From contig CAVXWP010000008.1 of the NCBI GenBank assembly GCA_963765495.1, positions 800,001 through 864,000 on the forward strand: DNA of 64,000 nt, in the 5' to 3' direction. Source of the stretch: Blastocatellia bacterium (GTDB lineage Bacteria; Acidobacteriota; Blastocatellia; UBA7656). Positions 42,008 through 51,557 of this stretch are shown here, in pieces (position 1 is the stretch's first letter; each line of letters starts with the position of its first letter). The notes beneath the pieces are model-generated. The model was not told where the DNA came from, did no database searches, and saw only the letters and a program-made list of their open reading frames with translations. A program made the translations under genes and the position numbers.

Positions 42008-43117
42008 ATGAACACTGAGGCAAAATACCAGGTTTGCCCTTTATGCAAGACTCCTGCTTCGGTTGATAACCGCCTTGCTTCCACCCCTACCAGGTTGTGT
42101 GAAGAATGTAGGGCGCTTGTGTGCCGTATGCTCCCCGGAGCACATGTTCTGGCGGATTCGTCTACTCTCACTTTTTCGGATATCGAGCCTGCCGCAATCG
42201 GAATCACGGCCCACTCCGAAGATGTATCTGCCGATACGGACGAGCAACCACTTTTCCAGGAATACAATAATGAGGCCGAACCTGAGCCGATCTTTTACGC
42301 GAGCGAAGGGCCGCAAATAAGCCAGGATGAGACTGTCTCAAGCGATGTCTTCCGCACTCCGCCGGACGATCTTTCGCCGGTCGGGTACGGTCAGGGGGAG
42401 ACGGTCGAAAATTCTCCACTCCTCGACACTCAAACCGAGGCCGCCCGTTCCGACATGATTGTGACCGATCAAGCTCAAGGGGTTGACCCCTGGGAAGACC
42501 CGCTGCCTGCCTGGGATTATTCTCGCAATGAGTATCCGATCTTGTTAAACCCATCGTCGAAGTCAAAATCTGCCCGGGTCTGGATAGTAGGAGCGATCAT
42601 ATTGCTACTGGCTTTGATAGCCGTTGGCTATTCGCTGCTTTCCTACTCTGACAGCGGCGAAGAGACGACCCGGACGGCGGTCACACCCGATGATGCGAAA
42701 AATGCGCTGATCACTCACGCCGAAGTACAAAATACTCCTCAGCCCGAAGACACGGCTGCCGCTCATAAAGCGATGGCGACCCCGCCAGAGGGTGCTACTC
42801 AACCCGAAAACGCGAAAAATCCATCTGTAGAGACGGATCAAAAAGATATTTCTGCGAAGGGAAATTACTCTCTGCAGGCGATGTCCTCAAAGGATGAAAA
42901 AGAGGCAAACCAGCTTGCAGAGCGTTTGAAAACCGCTGGCGTTCCCGCCTACGTCACAAGCGCGGAGATCGGAACACGGGGAAGATGGTACAGGGTGCGT
43001 GTAGGTCGATTTGTCAGCCAGGAAGAAGCAAAACGGTTTGCCGCAGAGTATGAGACACGCGTAAAGTCCGGGAACGTAGGCGCCAAATTTATTATTTGTA
43101 ATTACGAGAAGCCTTAG
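42008..43117 (+). CDS. SPOR domain membrane protein with N-terminal Cys motif
   Basis: CPLC..CEEC, acidic linker, single TM, C-terminal YSLQAMS..WYRVRVGRF.S.EEA SPOR domain. Confidence 0.88.
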   Translation: MNTEAKYQVCPLCKTPASVDNRLASTPTRLCEECRALVCRMLPGAHVLADSSTLTFSDIEPAAIGITAHSEDVSADTDEQPLFQEYNNEAEPEPIFYASEGPQISQDETVSSDVFRTPPDDLSPVGYGQGETVENSPLLDTQTEAARSDMIVTDQAQGVDPWEDPLPAWDYSRNEYPILLNPSSKSKSARVWIVGAIILLLALIAVGYSLLSYSDSGEETTRTAVTPDDAKNALITHAEVQNTPQPEDTAAAHKAMATPPEGATQPENAKNPSVETDQKDISAKGNYSLQAMSSKDEKEANQLAERLKTAGVPAYVTSAEIGTRGRWYRVRVGRFVSQEEAKRFAAEYETRVKSGNVGAKFIICNYEKP

Positions 43118-43143
43118 CCAGCGAGCATGAGGACTCTGAAGAG

Positions 43144-44481
43144 ATGTCCGAGTTCAAACCGCAGAACATCAGGTATGCAAAGCTCGTTGACCGGTATTCC
43201 AGATTTATAGAATCGCCGGTCCAGCGGCTGAAGTTTCTAAATAGCGCGTTGAAGGCAGAGCCGCCCTCCGGTTTGATGATGCGGATTCCACTGCTCGGGT
43301 CACTGCCTGAACGAATGAAGTTGATTGTCGAGCTATCGAGGGTTTTGCCGATAACCCAGCGAGCGCCACTCGCCTTTCGCCTGACTTCCCTGCTCTACAA
43401 AATCCGGTACGCGCTCTATGCTTTATGCGCGGTCTTTGCCATCTCAGCCTTCCTCGGACTGATTTACACGGGTTCAAGGCTTGTGAGCAGCCTTGCCAGC
43501 AGGACCGAGGCGCAGATAATACCGCCCGCAGAGTCGTCTCCCCTTGTCGGGCCGGATGGTGTGAAGGCGGTCGAGGCGATTGGGACAGAAGCGGGTATCA
43601 CTCTTGAAAAGGTCTGGCTTGCCGAATCGGGCGAGGGCTACGAGTTTTACAGCAACGGCGCTCGCGTGCTGACGGAGTTTGAAACCATCGGGCCTGAACG
43701 CAATTTCTACAGGTTCTCTTTACAGGCGCTCAATAAGGGGTCGGACGAAGCCGAAACGCTTTCAAAGCCTGTCGGGATACTCTATCACGTATCGGAAAGC
43801 GATCTGCTTCCGTTTGCCGATCATTACAACGCATCTTTGAAAACCAGATCACGCGCCCTGCTTGAATACGTGCGCGAAAACAGACTCTATAACTACCTCA
43901 TAGACAGGTTCGGAAGAACCTATCGCATCGTCGGAGACGAGTACACCGCCAACCACGCGGGCAATTCGGTCTGGAGCGACGGCGAGAGCGTTTATGTAAA
44001 CCTCAGCCCCAGCTTTATAGGAGTCTGTTTTGAAGGCCAGTCGAAAGCGGGCGAAGCACTGGGGGCCGACGGCATAAACGAAGCGCAGATATATGCGGCG
44101 CGGGTGCTGACGGCGGTCCTGCGCTCGCGGTACGCGATAGAAGATACAAACTGTGTGACTCACGGACTGGTCTCGGTAAATCCATCGAATAATTTGATGG
44201 GTTATCACACGGACTGGGTTTCGAATTTCCCATTCGAAGCTCTGGGCCTAAAAGACAAATACAAGTCTGAGCTTATAGCCATTTCTCATCTGGGGTTTGC
44301 TTACGATCAGGCATACATTCAGGCAGCAGGTGGGAAGAAATGGGAAGGATTGGATCAAGCAGATGCAAGACTTGAAGCCGCAGCGAAAGGCGAGGGCAAG
44401 ACGGTCGAACAGGAGCGTCGCGCTCAACAACAGATCTATCAACTCGTTTATAATAAAGAACGCGGGCTTGAAAGTAAGTGA
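43144..44481 (+). CDS. Membrane-anchored N-acetylmuramoyl-L-alanine amidase (Amidase_2-like)
   Basis: TM at ~90-110; GILYHVSES, YNYLIDRFG, ANHAGNS, IGVCFEG, THGLV, HTD. Confidence 0.82.
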   Translation: MSEFKPQNIRYAKLVDRYSRFIESPVQRLKFLNSALKAEPPSGLMMRIPLLGSLPERMKLIVELSRVLPITQRAPLAFRLTSLLYKIRYALYALCAVFAISAFLGLIYTGSRLVSSLASRTEAQIIPPAESSPLVGPDGVKAVEAIGTEAGITLEKVWLAESGEGYEFYSNGARVLTEFETIGPERNFYRFSLQALNKGSDEAETLSKPVGILYHVSESDLLPFADHYNASLKTRSRALLEYVRENRLYNYLIDRFGRTYRIVGDEYTANHAGNSVWSDGESVYVNLSPSFIGVCFEGQSKAGEALGADGINEAQIYAARVLTAVLRSRYAIEDTNCVTHGLVSVNPSNNLMGYHTDWVSNFPFEALGLKDKYKSELIAISHLGFAYDQAYIQAAGGKKWEGLDQADARLEAAAKGEGKTVEQERRAQQQIYQLVYNKERGLESK

Positions 44482-44575
44482 TATGTGGTAAGTGATGCGT
44501 AATATAGAGGGCTTGCAGGTAGACTTTAACAGGCGGCCATCACGGATCACACATCACAAATCACGAATCACGGTT
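44477..44575. repeat. Heptamer-armed dispersed repeat (copy B)
   Basis: GTGAT.. arm, core GGCTTGC..TTTAACAGGCG, then TCACGGA TCACACA TCACAAA TCACGAA TCACGGT. Confidence 0.75.
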
Positions 44576-44579
44576 TGTT

Positions 44580-45941
44580 ATGAACAAGAGGGATTTAATC
44601 AACGAGGCCGCAAGACGCACAGGACTATCGCGCCGGGCGGCTTCGCGCGGCGTACACTCAACGCTTGAGACGATCAAGAATGAGTTAAGTGCTGACAACG
44701 TCATCAATATACGCGGGCTGGGCCGCCTGTCCTTAAAACCGAAAAAGCAGGGCTTCTTGCCCGCCGCAGCAGCTGGGCTTCCCCCGAAACCGATTCCGGC
44801 AGGCAAGGCTGTTAGATTGAAGGCAACTCGACACATAGTTGCGAGCCTGAACACCGAGCCCCTCAAGCTCGAATTGAACGAGAGAAATTTTGGAGGAGAA
44901 ATGAACAAGAAAGAAGAGAAAGAAAACGCAAATGATGAGGCCGCGAAGAGTGAAGGCTCGGCCCTGGGTCTCGATGTAGGAACCAGCCGCCTGGTGCTGG
45001 CAAACGGTCAGGCAGACAAGATCAATACCCGTACCGAGCTGAACGCGTTTATCACGGTTCCCTACTCGAAGTTTACCGAAAACATACTCAAACAAAACAA
45101 GGTCACCTATCAACTCAACGGCAATCAGCGCCTGCAAATTTACGGTAACGAAGCCGAACGCTTCGCAAGCTTCTTCAACTCGGAAGTCCACCGCCCGATG
45201 CTCAACGGCACGATAAACCCCAAAGAGGAGTATTCACTCTCCGTCATGCAGGCCATCGTTCAACAACTGCTGAAGAAGAGCAAAAACGACGACAATCTGG
45301 TCTTCAGCGTGCCCGGCCCGCTGCGCGAATCGGGTTCGACCGATCTGGTCTATCACGAGGCCATGCTCAAAGATCTATTTCAGGGCATGGGCTATAATGC
45401 CAGAGCGATCAACGAAGGACTGGCCGTCGTTTTTGCCGAGCTTGAACAAGAGAATTTCAGCGGCATTGGCGTTAGCTGCGGCGGCGGCATGTGCAATGTC
45501 TGTCTGGCTTTCATGTCCATACCCGTGACGACATACTCCATAGCCAAAGCGGGCGACTACATAGATCAGAGCGTGGCATCTGTGACGGGTGAGGTGGCCA
45601 CTCGAATCCGCGTCATCAAGGAAGAGAGTCTCGATCTTTCGCGCCAGCCCAGGGACAAATACGAGGGGGCGCTGCACGTCTACTATGACAATGTGATCGT
45701 TTCGCTTGTTGAATCGCTCAGAAACTCGCTTGCAGAGACAAAGAATCTGCCTCGAATCGAGAAGGCTATTCCCATAGTTCTAAGTGGCGGAACGGCAAAG
45801 CCCAAAGGCTTTCTCGATAAGTTCCGCCAGACGCTTGAACGCGACGGATTCCCTCTCGCGATTTCAGAGGTTCGTATGGCCGAAGAGCCTTTGACCGCGA
45901 CTGCCCGTGGGTGCCTTCTCGCGGCGATGTATGACGCTTAG
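44580..45941 (+). CDS. HU-like DNA-binding domain fused to a volactin-like actin ATPase
   Basis: aa 1-90 MNKRDLI..TGLS..IRGLGRL..IPAGKAVRLK is HU/IHF-like. From aa ~130: GLDVGT, INEG, GGG, LSGGT, ARG actin-fold motifs. Internal GGAGGAG SD and in-frame ATG at 44901. Confidence 0.85.
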   Translation: MNKRDLINEAARRTGLSRRAASRGVHSTLETIKNELSADNVINIRGLGRLSLKPKKQGFLPAAAAGLPPKPIPAGKAVRLKATRHIVASLNTEPLKLELNERNFGGEMNKKEEKENANDEAAKSEGSALGLDVGTSRLVLANGQADKINTRTELNAFITVPYSKFTENILKQNKVTYQLNGNQRLQIYGNEAERFASFFNSEVHRPMLNGTINPKEEYSLSVMQAIVQQLLKKSKNDDNLVFSVPGPLRESGSTDLVYHEAMLKDLFQGMGYNARAINEGLAVVFAELEQENFSGIGVSCGGGMCNVCLAFMSIPVTTYSIAKAGDYIDQSVASVTGEVATRIRVIKEESLDLSRQPRDKYEGALHVYYDNVIVSLVESLRNSLAETKNLPRIEKAIPIVLSGGTAKPKGFLDKFRQTLERDGFPLAISEVRMAEEPLTATARGCLLAAMYDA

Positions 45942-46082
45942 CGCCGGACTCGAAAGATAACCGACGGTCGCCAGTCTCTATAACAGGTTCTCGCAACGAA
46001 TTTGTAATCATGCTGGCGAACCCTTCCCTGGCCTCGAATCATCCTACAGGGCGAGGTCATAAAAAGTGTTCTCCTTTTGTTG

Positions 46083-46116
46083 AAAGCCTCGATTTTTCGG
46101 GGCTTTTTTATTTTTT
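46083..46116 (+). terminator. Intrinsic terminator after the actin gene
   Basis: AAAGCCTCGA-loop-TCGGGGCTTT followed by a T-tract. Confidence 0.65.
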
Positions 46117-46180
46117 GAGCCTTGTGGTGCGGAGAGCTTGCGAGTTTGGAGTTTACGATCAGAAGAGGAAGGAATTTGTT

Positions 46181-46486
46181 TTGAGCATTATAGACCGCAG
46201 ACGTTTCAGGCGAATTGCCTTGCTTAGGCCTGTCACTTACCTGAACGTCACAAACCCGGAACCGGCGAGTCGGCTACTCGATATTAGCCCGGGCGGAGCT
46301 TACATCGAATATCCCGTGGCGAACGAGGGCAGCGTAGTTGAAATGGAGTTCGCTCTGACCCCCGGACATAGAATTAAAGTAACGGCCCTGATTCGTTATG
46401 TTGTCCCCGACAAAGGTATGGGGGTCGAGTTTATAAGCATCGACGACAGAGACATGAATTTGATTGCAGAACTCGTAGGAGCCTGA
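46181..46486 (+). CDS. PilZ domain protein
   Basis: DRRRFRR and DISPGG motifs, GMGVEF. TTG 46181 after a purine-rich SD is preferred to the ORF start at 46010. Confidence 0.85.
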   Translation: MSIIDRRRFRRIALLRPVTYLNVTNPEPASRLLDISPGGAYIEYPVANEGSVVEMEFALTPGHRIKVTALIRYVVPDKGMGVEFISIDDRDMNLIAELVGA

Positions 46487-46603
46487 CGAGACGAACTGGC
46501 CCTGTTGGCCCGGAGGGCTGCGCTTTGAATAGAAGCGCGTTAGATGATAGAATGAGAGGGCAACAACAACAAGCAAATACACTATTAACCTGGGAGTAAT
46601 GAT

Positions 46604-47329
46604 ATGAAAGTATGTCCAGAGTGTAACGAATCTTTTGCAGACGACTTCAAGTTTTGCGATCTGGATGGCGCGCGGCTGAACCGCGACGGCGTCTCTTCCA
46701 TTCGCGACCCGAATAAATTATGGTCAATGCTTGGAGTAGGATTGCTGCTTGGAGCGCTCGTCATTTCGGCTATAACCATATTCTCACTACCCAGAGCAGA
46801 AATTTCCCCGGCAACGTCATCTACGCCGCCAGCGCCGATTTCGAATCCAAACGCGAGCGCAAGCGCCGAGCCCTCTTCCACGGAACAGGCTGTCGATTCA
46901 AACACCGATTCTCAGATGCTCGCCGAAGATACGACTTTGGTCGAGCCTAAGAAAGAAAAGGTCGTACCCAATACTATAGACGAGAATGCCAACACCGCCT
47001 CGAAGTCTCCGAAAGCCGCCGCAATGGAAGAGGAAGAGAAAGAGAAGGCCCTCGACCCGAGCAATGATCCGGCCCTTGTTCCTCCCGTGCCGAAAAAACC
47101 TCAACCATCCACCGATGTGAAGACCGTGAGCGATACGCGAGATTCCGATGCGAAGTCGGGTGATCCGACAGCCGATGCCAAGAAGGACGACAGACGCGAA
47201 TCAGCCAGGATGAAGGCCGACGCAAAAGATGCGGCCAGCAAGAAAAAAGATGATGACAAGAAAGACAAGAAGAAGAAAGGCGGGTTCCTTCGCGTCTTCA
47301 AGAAAATCTTCGGCAAAGATGATAATTAA
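46604..47329 (+). CDS. Zinc-ribbon/TM protein with disordered charged tail
   Basis: MKVCPEC..FCDLDG, single TM, Pro/Asp/Lys-rich linker, terminal GGFLRVFKKIFG. Confidence 0.8.
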   Translation: MKVCPECNESFADDFKFCDLDGARLNRDGVSSIRDPNKLWSMLGVGLLLGALVISAITIFSLPRAEISPATSSTPPAPISNPNASASAEPSSTEQAVDSNTDSQMLAEDTTLVEPKKEKVVPNTIDENANTASKSPKAAAMEEEEKEKALDPSNDPALVPPVPKKPQPSTDVKTVSDTRDSDAKSGDPTADAKKDDRRESARMKADAKDAASKKKDDDKKDKKKKGGFLRVFKKIFGKDDN

Positions 47330-47361
47330 AACAAGAACTCAGACAAAATTTCCAGACACGC

Positions 47362-47388
47362 AAAAGCCTCTCGGTGAGAGGCTTTTTT
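47362..47388 (+). terminator. Intrinsic terminator
   Basis: AAAAGCCTCTC-GGT-GAGAGGCTTTTTT. Confidence 0.85.
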
Positions 47389-47552
47389 GATTGCCGAAAT
47401 CTGACTCCAGACCGGGAATTGCCTCTATCCTCACGCCCTGCTTCTTTGCGACTGTCATTCGGGTTTACAGATGGCTTCGGTAAAGTTATAACCATGTAGG
47501 CGAGTAAAGATTCGCCCGGTCTTTTCCCTTTTCAATTTAGAGGTAATTATTT

Positions 47553-49022
47553 ATGCAGATGCCACGCACTATCGGCGAGTTGAGAAGCAGCGAATTCAGT
47601 CCCGCGCGGCTTTCAAAACGCTCGATCAAAGACGAGATGCGCGAAAATCTCATAGCCAGACTCCGGCTGGGCGAAAAGATATTTCCCGGCATCGTCGGTT
47701 ATGACGATACGGTCACACCTCAGATTATAAACGCCCTGCTGTCGCGTCATAACTTTATCCTGCTCGGGCTTCGCGGTCAGGCCAAGAGCCGCATACTGCG
47801 CGAGCTTGTGAATCTGCTTGATGAAGCGATTCCCGTGATCGAAGGATGCGAGATAAACGATAACCCTTATGCGCCTATCTGCAAAGCGTGCCGGTTAAAG
47901 CTCGAATCCACAGGCGATGATACGCCCGTCACGTTTATCCCACGCCAGATGAGGTATGTCGAGAAGCTCGCTACCCCGGATGTGACCATCGCCGATTTGA
48001 TAGGCGATCTCGATCCTATCAAGGCGGCGCGGGGAGGACATCTGCTTTCCGATGAATTGACTATTCATTACGGGTTGCTACCGCGAGCCAATCGCGGCAT
48101 TTTCGCTATCAACGAGCTGCCTGACCTTGCCGGTAAAGTTCAGGTAGGGCTTTTCAACATCATGCAGGAAGGCGATGTTCAGATAAAAGGCTACCCCATA
48201 AGGATGCCGCTCGATCTGGTGCTTGTATTTTCGGCCAACCCGGAAGACTACACCGCTCGCGGCAAGATCATCACTCCGCTCAAGGATCGAATCGGCTCTG
48301 AGATCAGCACCCATTATCCGGCGACTGTTGAAGAAGGAATCGAGATAACTCGTCAGGAGGCGTGGCTTGGGCGCGACACCGAAAAGATAAACCTGCCCGA
48401 GTTTATAATGCGTGTTGTCGAGCAGATCGCCTTTGAAGCGCGCTCGGATCAGCGGGTGGACAAGCGGTCCGGCGTGAGTCAGAGGCTCCCAATTTCGGTG
48501 TTAGAAAACGTGGTTTCAAATGCCGAGCGAAGAAGACTCATCACCGAAGAACCCGCGATAGTGCCTCGCATCAGCGACATATATGCCGCGTTGCCCTCGA
48601 TTACGGGAAAGCTCGAACTCGAATATGAAGGCGAGCAACACGGCGCAACGGCGGTCGCCCGCGAATTGATAAAGACCGCCGTTGGAAAGACGTTTGAAGA
48701 TTATTTTGATCATATAGATTGCTCGAAGGTTATCACGTGGTTCAACGACGGCGGGACGCTCCAGGTGAGCGATCTGGACAGTTCCGACCTTTGCTTAAAA
48801 TCCTTTCGCCGCGTCGATGGATTGCTGAGCGCGGCGGCCCAATCCGGTCTTTCCGACAAATCCCAGCCTGCGCTTATGGTCTCTGTCTGCGAGATGATCC
48901 TTGAAGGTCTACACGCGCAAAAAAAGATCAGCCGCAGCGAGGAGCGCGGCTACGCGGCGGCAAGGCAGGAGACTCGCAGCCGCACATACGACAGCTTTAA
49001 TCGCTCGCGAAGAATAAATTGA
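47553..49022 (+). CDS. Mg-chelatase-like/MoxR-related AAA+ ATPase
   Basis: Walker A variant GLRGQAKS, Walker B variant FAINELPDL, SANPEDYT.RG, PLKDR. Confidence 0.88.
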   Translation: MQMPRTIGELRSSEFSPARLSKRSIKDEMRENLIARLRLGEKIFPGIVGYDDTVTPQIINALLSRHNFILLGLRGQAKSRILRELVNLLDEAIPVIEGCEINDNPYAPICKACRLKLESTGDDTPVTFIPRQMRYVEKLATPDVTIADLIGDLDPIKAARGGHLLSDELTIHYGLLPRANRGIFAINELPDLAGKVQVGLFNIMQEGDVQIKGYPIRMPLDLVLVFSANPEDYTARGKIITPLKDRIGSEISTHYPATVEEGIEITRQEAWLGRDTEKINLPEFIMRVVEQIAFEARSDQRVDKRSGVSQRLPISVLENVVSNAERRRLITEEPAIVPRISDIYAALPSITGKLELEYEGEQHGATAVARELIKTAVGKTFEDYFDHIDCSKVITWFNDGGTLQVSDLDSSDLCLKSFRRVDGLLSAAAQSGLSDKSQPALMVSVCEMILEGLHAQKKISRSEERGYAAARQETRSRTYDSFNRSRRIN

Positions 49023-49053
49023 ACCTATACCTGAAAAGAAAGGAAGCACCAGA

Positions 49054-49461
49054 ATGCCGATAGCCTGGCACGCACCATATGAGATGCTGAAACCCGAAAC
49101 CCGTGACATGTCACGGGCTATCCACTCGCTCATGGAAGAGCTTGAGGCGATGGATTGGTACTCTCAGCGAATGGATGTGACCGATGACGATGAATTACGC
49201 CGTCTCCTCGGTCATAACGCCAAGGAAGAGAAAGAGCACGCCGCTATGCTGCTTGAATGGATTCGACGCCGTGACCCTCAATGGGACGTGTATCTGCGAA
49301 CCTATCTATTCTCTTCGGGCGACCTGTTGACTGTAGAAGAACGAGCAACAGACGGAGGTGATTCGCCCTCACCCCAACAATCTGAGCCGCCCTCTTCAAG
49401 CCCGGTTCCCGAATCGGCGAGACACGCATTCACGGTCGGCAGTCTGCGATCAAGAAAATGA
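49054..49461 (+). CDS. Encapsulin-associated ferritin-like protein (EncFtn/Flp) with cargo-loading peptide
   Basis: SLMEELEA.DWY.QR, HN..EEKEHAAM.LEWIRR, disordered linker, C-terminal FTVGSLR. Confidence 0.92.
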   Translation: MPIAWHAPYEMLKPETRDMSRAIHSLMEELEAMDWYSQRMDVTDDDELRRLLGHNAKEEKEHAAMLLEWIRRRDPQWDVYLRTYLFSSGDLLTVEERATDGGDSPSPQQSEPPSSSPVPESARHAFTVGSLRSRK

Positions 49462-49582
49462 TGAGTGATTCGTGATTCGTGATTCGTGACTTTGAGTCAG
49501 GTCGCCTGTTGATGAAATTCGGCAAGCCTGCCGGATCACGAATCACGCATTACGCATCACTCCCGCATCACGGATCTCGCTT
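49458..49582. repeat. Heptamer-armed dispersed repeat (copy C, core reversed)
   Basis: (GTGATTC)3; core reverse complement GCAGGCTTGC..ATCAACAGGCGACCTGACTCAAAG; TCACG arm. Confidence 0.8.
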
Positions 49583-49598
49583 CAAATAGTGAATCATC

Positions 49599-50855
49599 AT
49601 GGCTTATACGAAGTATTCAAAATGGGAAGGCATAGACTGGGAATCGTTCCGTCTCGAAGACCTGCTTGAACGGCTCGCAGATTTTCTTCTTCAGAGCGGA
49701 TATGAGGACTACTATTCTCGTTATTGGAACGACCGCGAGAATTCGCTTGAATCGCTGCGCGAACAGATTATGCGGGCGCTCCTGGAAGGGGGCCTGCTGT
49801 CGGAAGAGGAGATCGCGCAGATGAGCGATGCGGACGGGCGGTTGAATGCCAAACGTATGCAAGAGCTTGTGGATCGTTTGATCGAACGGCTCATCGAAGA
49901 AGGCTATCTCACATTGAGCGAAGAATCGCAACCTCAGAAAACAGGCCCGACCTCCGAGGGCGGGCAGGTAGGCCGTGGCGCCGAGTCAAGCATCAAGTTC
50001 GAGCTTACCGATAAAGGGCTTGATTTTCTCGGCTACAAGACTCTAAAGGAATTGATAGCCTCGCTCGGCAAATCTTCATTTGGTCGTCACGATACCAACT
50101 ATCTTTCAACCGGAATTGAAGCGAATGAGGTCTCGCGCCGGTACGAGTTTGGCGACACGCTGAACCTCGACGTGAATGCCACATTGAAATCGGCTATTCA
50201 ACGCGAGGGTCTGGGTGTCCCGCTTAATCTTGAATACTCCGATTTGATGGTACATCAGACAGAGTATCAAAGCTCCTGCGCCACCGTTCTGATGCTCGAT
50301 TGCTCGCATTCGATGATCCTCTATGGAGAAGACCGCTTTACGCCTGCAAAGCGCGTCTCGCTCGCTCTGACACATTTGATCAGGACTCAGTTTCCCGGCG
50401 ATTCACTTCGCGTAGTCCTTTTTCACGATTCAGCCGAAGAGATACCTCTTTCTACGCTTGCGCGCGCTCAGGTAGGCCCTTATCACACGAACACGCGTGA
50501 GGGACTTAGACTGGCTCGCCGCATCCTTATGTCGCAACGTAAAGACATGCGACAGATCATCATGATAACCGACGGGAAACCTTCGGCCCTCACCCTTGAA
50601 GACGGACATATCTACAAGAACTCAATGGGGCTGGACCCGCAAATCCTGCAAGAGACATTCAAAGAAGTAGCCTTGTGCCGCCGCAGCGGGATTATGATAA
50701 ATACCTTCATGCTGGCCGATGATTACTATCTGGTTGATTTTGTAAGGAAAGTCACTGAAATCTGTCGAGGCAAGGCTTATTTCACGACCACTCTCACGCT
50801 TGGCCAGTACATTTTGATGGACTACGTTCGAAGACGCACAAGAGAGATACACTGA
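49599..50855 (+). CDS. VWA domain protein (partner of the AAA+ ATPase)
   Basis: MIDAS motif DCSHS, TNT, ITDGKPS. Confidence 0.9.
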   Translation: MAYTKYSKWEGIDWESFRLEDLLERLADFLLQSGYEDYYSRYWNDRENSLESLREQIMRALLEGGLLSEEEIAQMSDADGRLNAKRMQELVDRLIERLIEEGYLTLSEESQPQKTGPTSEGGQVGRGAESSIKFELTDKGLDFLGYKTLKELIASLGKSSFGRHDTNYLSTGIEANEVSRRYEFGDTLNLDVNATLKSAIQREGLGVPLNLEYSDLMVHQTEYQSSCATVLMLDCSHSMILYGEDRFTPAKRVSLALTHLIRTQFPGDSLRVVLFHDSAEEIPLSTLARAQVGPYHTNTREGLRLARRILMSQRKDMRQIIMITDGKPSALTLEDGHIYKNSMGLDPQILQETFKEVALCRRSGIMINTFMLADDYYLVDFVRKVTEICRGKAYFTTTLTLGQYILMDYVRRRTREIH

Positions 50856-50958
50856 CTCCGGTGACCTGTTTCCCTCCGCTTTATTGAATCTCAAATTGAA
50901 AATTTCTCTCGAAATCGGCTGAATACCGCCAATATTTGCAAAAATGGCCTCCTCTTGC

Positions 50959-50973
50959 TGGCACACAGATTGC
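50959..50973 (+). promoter_or_regulatory. sigma54 promoter
   Basis: TGGCAC-ACAGA-TTGC, exact -24/-12 consensus ~100 nt upstream of a receiver gene. Confidence 0.7.
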
Positions 50974-51071
50974 GTTTAATATCTCATGCTTGAATGGGCG
51001 AGATGATGCAAGGAGGGGCAGAATTACAGCGTTTTGCGGGGTTCGATTCTGTCTGCAAGCGGTAGAGTACC

Positions 51072-51485
51072 ATGTTGAGGAAACTGCTCATAGTTGAAGA
51101 TAATGACGATGCCAGAGAGATGCTGGCTACGCTATTGAGCATGGAAGGTTATGATGTCATTACCGCCGAAGATGGTCGTGAGGGACTTGACCGCGCAGTT
51201 GTCGAACAACCAGACCTGATCGTTACCGACATAAATATGCCTGAGATGAACGGCGTAGAGATGATAAAGGAATTGCGCTCGCATGAGAGTTTTAACTGTG
51301 TCCCGATTGTCGTAATGACTGCCTACAGCGAGCGCGTCGCAGGAATGGCTATAGAAGCGGGCGCTGATAAAGCGATGTTCAAACCTTTTGACTTCGACAC
51401 TCTTGTCGGGGACCTGATGAATGTTTGTAATTCTTACCGGTGCAGGGATTCGAGCAGATCAAACCACGCACACTCGGTCGGGTGA
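51072..51485 (+). CDS. Single-domain response regulator
   Basis: LIVEDN, DINMP, MTA, KP. Confidence 0.93.
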   Translation: MLRKLLIVEDNDDAREMLATLLSMEGYDVITAEDGREGLDRAVVEQPDLIVTDINMPEMNGVEMIKELRSHESFNCVPIVVMTAYSERVAGMAIEAGADKAMFKPFDFDTLVGDLMNVCNSYRCRDSSRSNHAHSVG

Positions 51486-51557
51486 CTAATCTTTAACTTT
51501 GACTCCCACCTCCTCCACCATTCAGTCAAGGAAATGTATAAGACTCGTTAAAACCAC

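Noticed and set aside
47553-49022. True chlorophyll or cobalamin chelatase subunit
   Set aside because: No tetrapyrrole genes nearby; variant Walker motifs and the VWA partner fit the generic AAA+/VWA pair.
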